Positions 1 to 7,733 of a stretch of 48,513 nt of DNA are shown in pieces. The stretch lies in NCBI GenBank assembly GCA_964202115.1, contig CAXNIK010000001.1, forward strand, positions 1 through 48,513, read 5' to 3'. Position numbers and translations under genes: made by a program. This DNA is from Burkholderiales bacterium. GTDB taxonomy: Bacteria; Pseudomonadota; Gammaproteobacteria; Burkholderiales; SG8-39. Numbering within the stretch: position 1 is the stretch's first letter; every line of letters begins with the position of its first letter. The notes beneath the pieces were generated by a model that worked only from the letters and a program-made list of their open reading frames with translations, was not told where the DNA came from and did no database searches.

Positions 1-659
1 GCTTTCAATTTTCCCGAGCGGATATGTGGCAGCAGGGCAGGCATGTCGAGAATGGCCAGATTAACTTCGCCGGCCACAAGTGCAACTATGGCAGGCGCCG
101 CACCCTTGAACGGGATGTGCGCAATCTGGACTCCGGCGACGGTCTTGAATAGCTCTCCCGCCAGATGTGAAGTGGCACCATTACCAGACGAAGAAAAGTT
201 GAGTTGCCCCGGCTTTGCTTTCGAGATGGAGATCAATTCACTGACTGAAGTTGCTCCCAGGGAAGGGTGAATCACCAGGACGTTAGTGCCCAGACCGACG
301 AGCGATATGGGAGAAAAGTCCTTGATCGCGTCATAGGGCAGCTTGGGATACAAACTGGGGTTGATTCCATGGGTGCCGCCGGTGCCCCAAAGCAGGGTGT
401 ATCCATCCGGTTGAGCCCTGGCAACGTATTCGCTTCCGACGCCGCCGCCAGCGCCGGCCCTGTTTTCGATCAGCACCGGTTGGGCAAGGGAGTCCGAAAG
501 CCTTTGGCCTACCAATCGGGACATCATGTCAGTGGGGCCACCGGGGGGGTAAGGCACCACAATCCGGATGGGCTTTGCTGGATACGTTTGCGACTCGGCG
601 ACGGTAACCAGTCCAGACTGCAAATAAAGTGCTGCAAATAAAAGCAGGGGAGCGCGCAT
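1..659 (-). CDS. Bug/TctC-family periplasmic solute-binding protein, partial (N-terminal ~219 codons; C-terminus beyond window edge)
   Basis: Not in the ORF track because it runs off the edge. Hand translation of the minus strand from ATG at 659 gives MRAPLLLFAALYLQSGLVTVAESQTYPAKPIRIVVPYPPGGPTDMMSRLVGQRLSDSLAQPVLIENRAGAGGGVGSEYVARAQPDGYTLLWG...HIPFKGAAPA. It has a signal peptide plus the YPxKPxR-VP-PGG, NRxGAGG, PDGYT and (Y/F)KG motifs shared by all Bug paralogues here. Confidence 0.85.
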   Translation of the reverse strand, partial: MRAPLLLFAALYLQSGLVTVAESQTYPAKPIRIVVPYPPGGPTDMMSRLVGQRLSDSLAQPVLIENRAGAGGGVGSEYVARAQPDGYTLLWGTGGTHGINPSLYPKLPYDAIKDFSPISLVGLGTNVLVIHPSLGATSVSELISISKAKPGQLNFSSSGNGATSHLAGELFKTVAGVQIAHIPFKGAAPAIVALVAGEVNLAILDMPALLPHIRSGKLK

Positions 660-732
660 GATAGGCAGCTTCACGAAAGATTTTCCTTTGCCGAAGGTTG
701 GCCGAAGAGTGTTGCCGGTCGCAGGCAATGTG

Positions 733-1698
733 CTAGTCGGGCTCGTACTTGATCGCCTTGGTAACGCGCTGCCACTTTTGCACGTCGTTGGTCAGCCATA
801 CCTGAAGTTGTTCTGGCTTGAGGTGCCAAGGATCCAGTCCCATCTTGGCAAGCACTGACAGGACCTCAGAGCCGGAGAGCATGCGCTCCATCGTTTCATT
901 CAGCTTGCCAACAACGGAGCGGGCTGTACCGGCCGGGGCAATCAGGCCATACCCTGCCGTTACTTCAAACCCTGGATAGCCCTGTTCATCAATTGTTGGC
1001 ACATCGGGCAGATGTGCCCATCGTTTCTGACTGGCAATACCGATTACCCGCACTTTCCCCGCCTTTATCTGGGGAATGGCAGGAGGCGCAGCGACAAATG
1101 CAAGATCAACATTTCCGGCGACCACTTCCAGGAGGGCAGGAGCGGCACCCTTGTAAGGAATGTGCGTCATTTGAATGTTTGCGGTGAGTTTCAGAAATTC
1201 TCCGCTCAAGTGAAGCGCTCCACCCGTTCCCGAAGAAGAGAAATTCAGGGCACCTGGCTTGCTTTTGGCCAAAGCCACCAATTCCCCAACACTGTTGACT
1301 GCCAGCTTTGGATTGACAACCAGGACAAATTCACTCCTGGCAACAGGAGAAATGGCCGTGAAATCCTTCAGCGTGTCATAGGGCAGAAAGCGCTGGGTGC
1401 TGGGATTGATGGTATGCCCTGATGAAAAAATCTGGAGGGTATAGCCATCGGGGGCGGACTTGGCGACATGCTCGGTGCCGATAATTCCATTGCCTCCCGT
1501 TCTGAAGTCAATCACAAAAGGTTGACCGAGAGATTCGGTCAGCTTCTGGGAGACTGGCCGGGCAAGCAAGTCGATAGGGCCCCCAGGCGCAAAGGCAACA
1601 ATCAATCGTACAGGTCTTGTGGGATACGCCTGACCGTAGGCAAGCTGGCTTAGTGATGTCATCAGGATAAGAGGAAGTGCGCATGAGAGAAGCCGCAT
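733..1698 (-). CDS. Bug/TctC-family periplasmic solute-binding protein
   Basis: Track ORF of 321 aa. Signal peptide MRLLSCALPLILMTSLSQLAYGQ, then AYPTRPVRLIVAFAPGGPID, PDGYTL, IPYKGAAPA. AAGGA lies upstream of the ATG at 1698. Confidence 0.9.
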   Translation of the reverse strand: MRLLSCALPLILMTSLSQLAYGQAYPTRPVRLIVAFAPGGPIDLLARPVSQKLTESLGQPFVIDFRTGGNGIIGTEHVAKSAPDGYTLQIFSSGHTINPSTQRFLPYDTLKDFTAISPVARSEFVLVVNPKLAVNSVGELVALAKSKPGALNFSSSGTGGALHLSGEFLKLTANIQMTHIPYKGAAPALLEVVAGNVDLAFVAAPPAIPQIKAGKVRVIGIASQKRWAHLPDVPTIDEQGYPGFEVTAGYGLIAPAGTARSVVGKLNETMERMLSGSEVLSVLAKMGLDPWHLKPEQLQVWLTNDVQKWQRVTKAIKYEPD

Positions 1699-1770
1699 GT
1701 TGAGATTCCTTCTTGAGAACCGGTTTCAAAATGAGGAGCTCATTTTCGTAACTGCGCCCCTCCTGCTCCC

Positions 1771-1828
1771 CGACTTCAAATTGAATGAGCTTTCGCAGAG
1801 TGTGGCTGGCGCCGGGAGACATTGTGCC
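1771..1828 (-). repeat. Copy A (right half only) of the repeated upstream element
   Basis: Minus-strand sense: GGCACAATGTCTCCCGGCGCCAGCCACACTCTGCGAAAGCTCATTCAATTTGAAGTCG. It shares CCCGGCGCCAGCCAyAsTC..CGAAAG....ATT..ATTT with the copies at 2966, 5924 and 13447. It lies ~70 nt upstream of the Bug start at 1698. Confidence 0.7.
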
Positions 1829-1919
1829 TCGCTACGAGGTGTGGCTTGAATTCCTTTTGAGCAAGTTCACGAAGAGCAGACACCATCATCTGCTGCTCTT
1901 CTGCTGATTTGAAATCCAT
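1776..1919 (-). pseudogene. Acyl-CoA dehydrogenase N-terminal stump (~28 authentic codons, then reads into the repeat element)
   Basis: Hand translation gives GAAAGGAGATTGAA-ATG, then MDFKSAEEQQMMVSALRELAQKEFKPH LVARHNVSRRQPHSAKAHSI*. The first ~28 aa look like a typical ACAD N-terminus (MDFxLTEEQQMxRDxVRxFAxKEIAP) and the RBS is perfect. Similarity ends where repeat copy A begins. Confidence 0.6.
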
Positions 1920-1960
1920 TTCAATCTCCTTTCGGGCGTGCCACGAGTGGCACGTTGGTC

Positions 1961-2947
1961 CTATTCGCCTGGGACGACACCAGCCTCACTCACGATTTTT
2001 GACCATCTTGGAATTTCCTCAATGATCACTTTCCTGAATGCTGCCGAAGTTGTACCTTCCATAACGCTGCCATCGGCTTCGAGAGGGCTGGCGACCTCCG
2101 GATTCTTCGCGAGCTTGTTGAAAATCTCGTTCAGTCGGACGAGTACGGCCGACGGGACGGCAGACGGCGCGAAAATTCCGCTCCAATTCGCATAGTTGAA
2201 TTCGGGAACACCAGATTCGGCTATGGTGGGCAATGCCGGGATCACCCTTGATCGCCCGCTGCCGGTTACTGCCAATGGCCTGACTTTGCCGGCTTTTATC
2301 AGGGCGAGGGCCGCTTGCAAACCGACGATGGAAGAATCCAACCGCCCCGCCACCAGGTCAGCAATTTGCGGACCGGCACCCTTGTAATGCACGAGGGTAA
2401 CCTTCGTGTCCGTAAGATTGGCCAACCATATCAGCGCCAGGTGTCCCGTGGCCCCGATTCCGGAATTGCCGACATTTATCTTGTCGGGATTGGCTTTTGC
2501 ATAAGCGATGTACTCGCGAAAATTGGTGGCAGGGAAGGAGGGGTGCACAATGACGATTGATGGCGTTCGCTTCATCAGGGAAATGAAACTCATGTCATCA
2601 ACCGGATCGAATCCTATATCTTTGTAAAAGGCGGCCATCGCCGTATAACTTGTGGTGTTAATCAGCAAGGTGTGGCCATCAGGTCTCGATTTGGCGACAA
2701 AGCTGGAGCCAATAGATGTGCCCGCACCGGGTTTGTAGTCAACAATAAGAGCCTTGGTGAGCAGATCCCCCATTTTTGCAGAGTAAAGTCGGGCTTCCCG
2801 GTCAACTGGACCGCCCGGGGCAAATGGCACAACCATCGTGACAGGTCTGGTCGGGTACGCGGTCGCTACGCTTTGACCAAGCCCGCAATGAGGAAACATC
2901 AGTGCAGATACAGTCAGTAACAGGTACAGGCGTTGCGCAGGGCACAT
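1961..2947 (-). CDS. Bug/TctC-family periplasmic solute-binding protein
   Basis: Track ORF 1961..2980. I prefer the internal ATG at 2947 (MCPAQRLYLLLTVSALMFPHCGLGQSVATAYPTRPVTMVVPFAPGGPVD), because the TTG at 2980 lies inside repeat copy B. PDGHTL and HYKGAGP motifs are present. Confidence 0.88.
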   Translation of the reverse strand: MCPAQRLYLLLTVSALMFPHCGLGQSVATAYPTRPVTMVVPFAPGGPVDREARLYSAKMGDLLTKALIVDYKPGAGTSIGSSFVAKSRPDGHTLLINTTSYTAMAAFYKDIGFDPVDDMSFISLMKRTPSIVIVHPSFPATNFREYIAYAKANPDKINVGNSGIGATGHLALIWLANLTDTKVTLVHYKGAGPQIADLVAGRLDSSIVGLQAALALIKAGKVRPLAVTGSGRSRVIPALPTIAESGVPEFNYANWSGIFAPSAVPSAVLVRLNEIFNKLAKNPEVASPLEADGSVMEGTTSAAFRKVIIEEIPRWSKIVSEAGVVPGE

Positions 2948-2965
2948 GGTCGGCTTCAAGAGAAA

Positions 2966-3031
2966 GGACAGGAAATTCAATGGGCTTTCGGGGAGTATGG
3001 CTGGCGCCGGGAACAGCCGTCAATCGCCGAT
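2966..3031 (-). repeat. Copy B of the repeated upstream element
   Basis: Minus-strand sense: ATCGGCGATTGACGGCTGTTCCCGGCGCCAGCCATACTCCCCGAAAGCCCATTGAATTTCCTGTCC. About 59 of 68 hand-aligned positions are identical to copy C. It contains the ATCG-G-CGAT palindrome, TTGACG-N18-CATACT, and a GGCTG/CAGCC hairpin. Confidence 0.8.
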
Positions 3032-3039
3032 CGTGGCGG

Positions 3040-3165
3040 TCAAGTTGAGGTAATGGTTGGACTGTCCCGTGCGCCGGTCAGCAGCGTGAACGCGACGAGG
3101 GCGCGGTCATGGCGCTGAATCGGGCTCTCTGCCGTCATCAGGGTGATGATACGGTTTCCATGCTG
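3040..3165 (-). pseudogene. Internal fragment of a tyrosine recombinase/phage-type integrase
   Basis: The minus-strand reading directly after the Bug stop is QHGNRIITLMTAESPIQRHDRALVAFTLLTGARDSPTITST*. The RxRALxxxxLLTGxRxS block is the conserved box-I region of tyrosine recombinases. The fragment has no start and ends at repeat copy B. Confidence 0.55.
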
Positions 3166-4167
3166 CTATTCGAGTTTGAGGCCGATGGCTTTGACGACGC
3201 GCTCATTGGAGGCGAGATCGGAGCGGATTAGTTTGTCGAAATCCTCGGGCGAAGTGACGAAGGGCTCGGTGCCTATCTTGAGGAAGCGCTCCCTGGTCTC
3301 CGCGCTGTTGAGCACCTTGGCGGTGGCGTCGTACAGGATGCGCACGACCTCACGCGGGGTCTTGGCCGGGGCAAGAAAGCCCAGCCAGCTCCCGTAGGCC
3401 GAGTTGGCCATGCCGGCCTCCTCGATGGAAGGCACGTTTGGCAGGAGGGTGGTGCGCCGCGACGACATCGCCAGCGGAGTGAGCCTGCCGCCCTGGATGC
3501 CTGGCATGGCGGCGACCAGCGAGGTATAGGTAAAGTCCACGCGGCCCGCCATCACTTCGTTCAGAGCGTCGGTGGTGGTCTTGAAAGGCACGTGCAGCGC
3601 CTCGAAGCCGCCGGCGATGCGGACTTTCTCCGACGAGATATGGGTGGAAGTGCCGGTGCCAGCCGAAGCGAAAGTCAAGGCGCCGGGCTTGGCCTTGGCG
3701 GCGGCCACCAGTTCCGCCACGGAAAGAATGTTCTTGGAGCGCGCGATCACCAGCACCAGCGGATTCTCAGCCAGCGTAGTGATGCCGGCGAAATCATTCG
3801 CGGGATGAAAGGGCACATTCTTGGTGACCAGTGACACGGTGGTATGCGAGGAAGGCACCGCAACGAGCGTCAACCCGTCGGGCGGTGAGATTGCGACTGC
3901 CTGCGTGCCGACAACGCCGCCTGCACCCAGCCGGTTCTCAACGACCACCGGCTGCTTCAACTCCTTGCCGATGGGCTCGTTGATAAGTCGCACGATCACG
4001 TCCAGCCCCGTACCCGGCCCATAAGGCACGATGACTCGAACGGGACGCGAGGGAAAGCTCTGGGCTAAAACGTTGTTTGCGAAAAGCGCCGCAGTGGTAC
4101 CGAACAGCGCGCCGACGAGCGTGATGGCCGTAGCGCGACGCATCACCGTCCTTTTTGCTTGCTGCAT
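3166..4167 (-). CDS. Bug/TctC-family periplasmic solute-binding protein
   Basis: Track ORF of 333 aa. Signal peptide, then SFPSRPVRVIVPYGPGTGLD, PPDGLTL, VPFKTTTDA. AAGGAG lies upstream of the ATG at 4167. It starts 45 nt after the upstream gene and is probably co-transcribed. Confidence 0.88.
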   Translation of the reverse strand: MQQAKRTVMRRATAITLVGALFGTTAALFANNVLAQSFPSRPVRVIVPYGPGTGLDVIVRLINEPIGKELKQPVVVENRLGAGGVVGTQAVAISPPDGLTLVAVPSSHTTVSLVTKNVPFHPANDFAGITTLAENPLVLVIARSKNILSVAELVAAAKAKPGALTFASAGTGTSTHISSEKVRIAGGFEALHVPFKTTTDALNEVMAGRVDFTYTSLVAAMPGIQGGRLTPLAMSSRRTTLLPNVPSIEEAGMANSAYGSWLGFLAPAKTPREVVRILYDATAKVLNSAETRERFLKIGTEPFVTSPEDFDKLIRSDLASNERVVKAIGLKLE

Positions 4168-4211
4168 CCTCTGCTCCTTTGGCTGTAGTTGTCGCTGCCC
4201 CGCGGCTGCGC

Positions 4212-5912
4212 TCAGATGTCAATCTTCTTGGTGGTCGGAAACCCGAGATGGCCGTTGTGCGCGAATACATAGCCATTGGTGCGCAGCGGATCGCCCGATA
4301 TGGCGATCATGTACTGGTCTGGCGACCAGACCAGCGGCACTTTGCGATTCGGGTCATCGGACTCCGCAAAAAAAGCAGGTATCCGTCCCGCCTTCGCTTC
4401 CTCGGTGAGGCTCCACACCGGCCGGCCGTTCCAGTCGCGCAGCTGGCGCTCGAACTCCCATGCCGGAATGCGCGCGTGGTCAAACACGTACTGCCGGATA
4501 TCGTCCTTGGACCAGCCTGCCTGGGCGATCGTTTCAGCGAGGATGGGCGTGAGCATGATGAGCGGCCGCAGCGTTCCATATCCCCGTCCATGCGAGAAAC
4601 ATATCTGCCAGGAAATGTGGCGGAACATGGCATCGGACAGATAGTCGCAGAGCTGCTCGGGCGTATGCCCGGAGAGTGAAGCGATAAGGTCGCCGCCGGT
4701 ATAGCGCGCCACGGTCACCGTGCTGTCGTCGCGCGAAAAACCGGCCTCCATGGCGATGGACTTCCATCCCAGCTTCTCCAGCGCCTCCTCGTTCTCCGGC
4801 ACCACCACCCGCCAGGTATTGCCGTAGGTGCCCTTGTCGGTGCGATGCGGCAGGAACCCCGCCACATTGCGCAGGAACAGGCGCCAAAAGCGGCCCACGG
4901 AGGTGTTCGGCTGAAAACCGTCGCGCATCACCCCCTGGGTGTAATTGAAGCCGAAACGCTTGATGACCGGCCCGTTGAGGATGATGAGCGTTTCAGCGCC
5001 GGGGGTGTTGCCACTATGTTCCACGCCATAGCGCTTGTCGATCATGGCCTCGGCCAGCGCCAGCAGGATGGGCATGTATTCGGGACGGCAACCCGCCATC
5101 ACGCCGTTGACGGCCACGCTCCACACGGTGGCGGTGCGCCGGTCGGGCAACATCACGCCCATCACCTCGTCCGGCCGACGCCGGGTGTGGCTGAGGAACT
5201 CTTCGACGCGCGCCCTGGTTGGCGGAACGACGGGCAGTCCGTCGCCCCATTCATTCTTGATGAATTCCTCGTTGATCTCAAAGAAGCCGCCACGCGCAAC
5301 TATGTCGCGCGGACCAGGCTCCTCGTCCACCTCAACGCTGCTGGTGGCCTCGGTCAGGTTGGCGATGACGCAGTCAAGCGTGACGTTCATGACGTTGTTG
5401 TATATCTCCTCCGGGCTCTGAACCCCGGTGTGCCCGGGCACGTGCGCAAGCGGCATGTCCGGATAACCCAAGCCGACAGTGGTGGCTTTTGCCTGGCCCA
5501 TGAAGCCCGTGCACACCAGGGCGGCGGTGGGTATTCCGGCTTCTTCCGCTTTCTCGTTCGCCCGCAGCACGGCGGGCGTACAGCTCCCTCAAGCAGCCAT
5601 GCCGGTGATGGCGGCGGTCACTCCATACTCGCGTAAAGTTTCGGGCAGTTTTTCGACAACCTCATGCTCGGTCGGGCTGTGGATGTTGCCAATATCCTTC
5701 CAACTCACGAACTTGACGTTCTTGAAGCGCTTCTGGATGCCTTCCCGCAGCGCCTCGAACAACTGGTCGCCACGAAAGCCGTAGGTCCACATCTCGGCAA
5801 TGACGGCATTGTCCAGTGTCGCCAGCCGCTTGGCCAGTGGTTTGCGCCGGCCCTTGCGTTCGGCACGCGGCCAGTACGCTTCGTAGTAACCGTCGTTTTC
5901 CGCTTGCGCCAT
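4212..5912 (-). CDS. Candidate selenoprotein: UGSC-motif redox domain fused to an uncharacterised GDGLPxVPPT/AGCRPEY domain. It is 566 aa if UGA 5589-5591 is decoded as Sec108.
   Basis: Track ORFs 5589..6125 (real start ATG 5912, AGGAG 5 nt upstream) and 4212..5570 are in the same frame. They are separated only by TGA plus 6 sense codons: ...VTAAITGMAA-TGA-GSCTPAVLRANEK.... The downstream ORF has no ATG start. A SECIS-like hairpin follows the UGA. Confidence 0.6.
5559..5578 (-). promoter_or_regulatory. SECIS-like stem-loop 10 nt downstream of the in-frame UGA
   Basis: mRNA sense: UGA GGGAGCUGUA CGCCCGC-CGUGCU-GCGGGCG AAC. This is a perfect 7-bp GC-rich stem with a 6-nt loop containing GU. 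It can extend by U-A, G-C and U-G pairs across an A.A mismatch. Confidence 0.5.
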
Positions 5913-5923
5913 GTTTGCTCCTG

Positions 5924-6043
5924 AGGATAGAAAATCCAATAGGGCCTTTCGTCGAGTATGGCTGGCGCCGGGTGCAGCCGTCAATCGCCGATTATGGGCC
6001 GGCTGCGTCGCGATTTGCAGAAAGGCCCGCCGACTAGCACCCA
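5924..6043 (-). repeat. Copy C (longest) of the repeated upstream element, directly upstream of the candidate selenoprotein gene
   Basis: Minus-strand sense: GGGTGCTAGTCGGCGGGCCTTTCTGCAAATCGCGACGCAGCCGGCCCATAATCGGCGATTGACGGCTGCACCCGGCGCCAGCCATACTCGACGAAAGGCCCTATTGGATTTTCTATCC, followed by TCAGGAGCAAACATG. The right 68 nt match copies B and D. The left arm GGGTGCTAnnCGGCGGGCCTTTCTGCAAAT recurs at 12302-12332. Confidence 0.8.
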
Positions 6044-6302
6044 GGCACTCATGGATAAGCGCAAGCAGCATGGCCTGGTGTGCAAGCGTGCACGCAAGTG
6101 GAAGGCAACGTCCAACTCCAGGCATCGATTACCCGTCGCCCTCAATCTGCTGGATTGACATCATGAGTGCGAGTGCGCAAACTTGACCTTGAGCTGACAG
6201 GAACAGGCTTGGGTCAACAGTTGCGAGTTTCCCGGGTTCCGATGGAGGCCTTCTTCTCTCCCGCCGACTTAAATTTCAACTTTCTTGGAGGAACGACACA
6301 TC

Positions 6303-7439
6303 ATGTCGAAGGCTGGGTTCAAGATTTTCGACGCCGACGCCCACGTAAGCGAGCCACCCGAAATCATCGAGAAGTACATCGACTCCGCGTACAAGGAAAA
6401 ACTCCTGAAGTGGAAGATTCCCGGGATTGCGACTTACCGGCCCAACCATATCGGGTTTACCCGTGTCCTCGGCACTTCGCCAAGCGCCGAGCATTCCAAG
6501 CCCGTGGCACGCCAGAACGTCTCGCCGCGTCACCGCCAGGCTCCGATGCCGAATACGAATACCGATCCGGAAGAGCGCATTGTCGACATGAACCAGGAGG
6601 GCATCGACGGTGGCCTGATTCTGCCAACGGGCGTGGGCTCCTTCTGTTCCGTGGATGACCTCGGTCTCGAGATGGCCGTGATCAAGGCCTATCACCGTTT
6701 CATGAGCGATTTCTGCAGGAACTATCCCGGCAGGCTGTATGCAGTCGCCGTGGTGTCCGCGCGCAATATCGACGAATCAATCGCGGAATTGAAGCGCGTG
6801 GCAAAGGAGCCCTGGCCTGCTGCAATATTTCCCTCGTTGCCGCCGCGCATGCCGCTGGATGACCCGGCGCTGGATCCCCTATGGGCAGCGGCGAATGACC
6901 TGGACATGACCATCGCCCTGCACACCTTTACGGTGATTCCGCCCTACGCTCCTGGTGCCCTGGACGGTTCCTATTTCGACAACTACTGGCTGGCGCGCGC
7001 GGCGGCCCATCCCTGGTGCGGCATGCGCAACATGGCGGCGCTGCTGGGCAGCGGCGTGCTGGATCGCCACAAAAAGCTCAACATCTCCCTGCTGGAGGCA
7101 GGCCAGGGCTGGCTGCCCTACTGGGTCAAGCGCCTGGACGAGCAGGCGGCCTACAGCCCTTCATCACTGCCGGCCGGCATTCGCACGGTCAAGGAATACA
7201 TCGACGCAGGCCGCTATTTCCAGTCCATCGAAATGCACGAAGGCGAATCGATGACCAAGTACGTCATTGACGAAATCGGCGAGGATACGCTCATGTTCTC
7301 AAGCGACTATCCGCACGGCGAGACCTGGTTCCCGGACACCGTTGACACCTTCCTCGGCTGGAAGAGCATTACCGAGAAGGTGAAGCGCAAGGTCTTCTGG
7401 GACAACGCCAAGCGTTGCTACCCGAGGATTGCAGGTTGA
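6303..7439 (+). CDS. Amidohydrolase-2 (ACMSD-like) family metal-dependent hydrolase/decarboxylase
   Basis: Track ORF 6285..7439. I prefer the ATG at 6303 (MSKAGFKIFDADAHVSEPPE), with GGAGG at 6287-6291. The FDADAHV N-terminal motif and the C-terminal SDYPHGE are typical of PF04909-type amidohydrolases. Confidence 0.8.
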   Translation: MSKAGFKIFDADAHVSEPPEIIEKYIDSAYKEKLLKWKIPGIATYRPNHIGFTRVLGTSPSAEHSKPVARQNVSPRHRQAPMPNTNTDPEERIVDMNQEGIDGGLILPTGVGSFCSVDDLGLEMAVIKAYHRFMSDFCRNYPGRLYAVAVVSARNIDESIAELKRVAKEPWPAAIFPSLPPRMPLDDPALDPLWAAANDLDMTIALHTFTVIPPYAPGALDGSYFDNYWLARAAAHPWCGMRNMAALLGSGVLDRHKKLNISLLEAGQGWLPYWVKRLDEQAAYSPSSLPAGIRTVKEYIDAGRYFQSIEMHEGESMTKYVIDEIGEDTLMFSSDYPHGETWFPDTVDTFLGWKSITEKVKRKVFWDNAKRCYPRIAG

Positions 7440-7445
7440 GTGAAG

Positions 7446-7478
7446 GGCGAGGATGACGGGGGCCGCCCCGTCCTCGCC
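7446..7478 (+). terminator. GC-rich hairpin just after the amidohydrolase stop
   Basis: GGCGAGGA-tga-CGGGG-gccg-CCCCG-TCCTCGCC, a composite 13-bp stem. There is no clear T-tract, so an intrinsic-terminator role is tentative. Confidence 0.4.
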
Positions 7479-7733
7479 GCCCGGGTCACCGGAAAACGTG
7501 AATGGAATACCCGTAAGTAACGGCGCAGGAATGCTGCTCGAGTAGCAGTCCCGAAATGCCTGAAGAATTCGCACCGGGGCGCCATGCATGGGGAAGATAT
7601 CGCCCTCAATCGCATGATCCCGAACCACGCGCATACTGCTCTCTCTCACCAGCCACTGACGGAACCGGAAAAAACAGCAGGACCAGCTTGATTCAATGAG
7701 TGCCGGGGAAACCATCAATCTTTCACGAAAGAA

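Noticed and set aside
2966-3031. Riboswitch or structured-RNA interpretation of the repeated element
   Set aside because: I found only one short hairpin (GGCTG/CAGCC) with a single G.U-compatible change. There is no multi-stem architecture and no resemblance to an RNA family I know. If the promoter reading is right, most of the element would not be transcribed. I keep it as a repeat or regulatory element, not an ncRNA.
2997-3053. Small antisense ORFs starting inside the element (MAGAGNSRQSPI.., MAGAGCSRQSPI.., MTGAGCSSQSI..)
   Set aside because: The similarity is explained by nucleotide conservation of the element. The ORFs diverge and end at different lengths right after it, and no usable Shine-Dalgarno spacing exists (GGGGAG is only 1 nt from the ATG in one copy and absent in the others).
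6010-6040. Possible sigma-54 promoter (GG-N-GC) in the left arm CGGCGGGCCTTTCTGCA of the repeated element
   Set aside because: The GG to GC spacing is one nucleotide too long for the TGGCAC-N5-TTGCW consensus, and the flanking consensus bases are poorly matched.
5913-6125. N-terminal extension of track ORF 5589-6125 (MPGVGRCLPLACTLAHQ...)
   Set aside because: The extension runs straight through repeated element copy C. In addition, the ATG at 5912 has an ideal AGGAG 5 nt upstream. The extension is therefore treated as non-coding leader.
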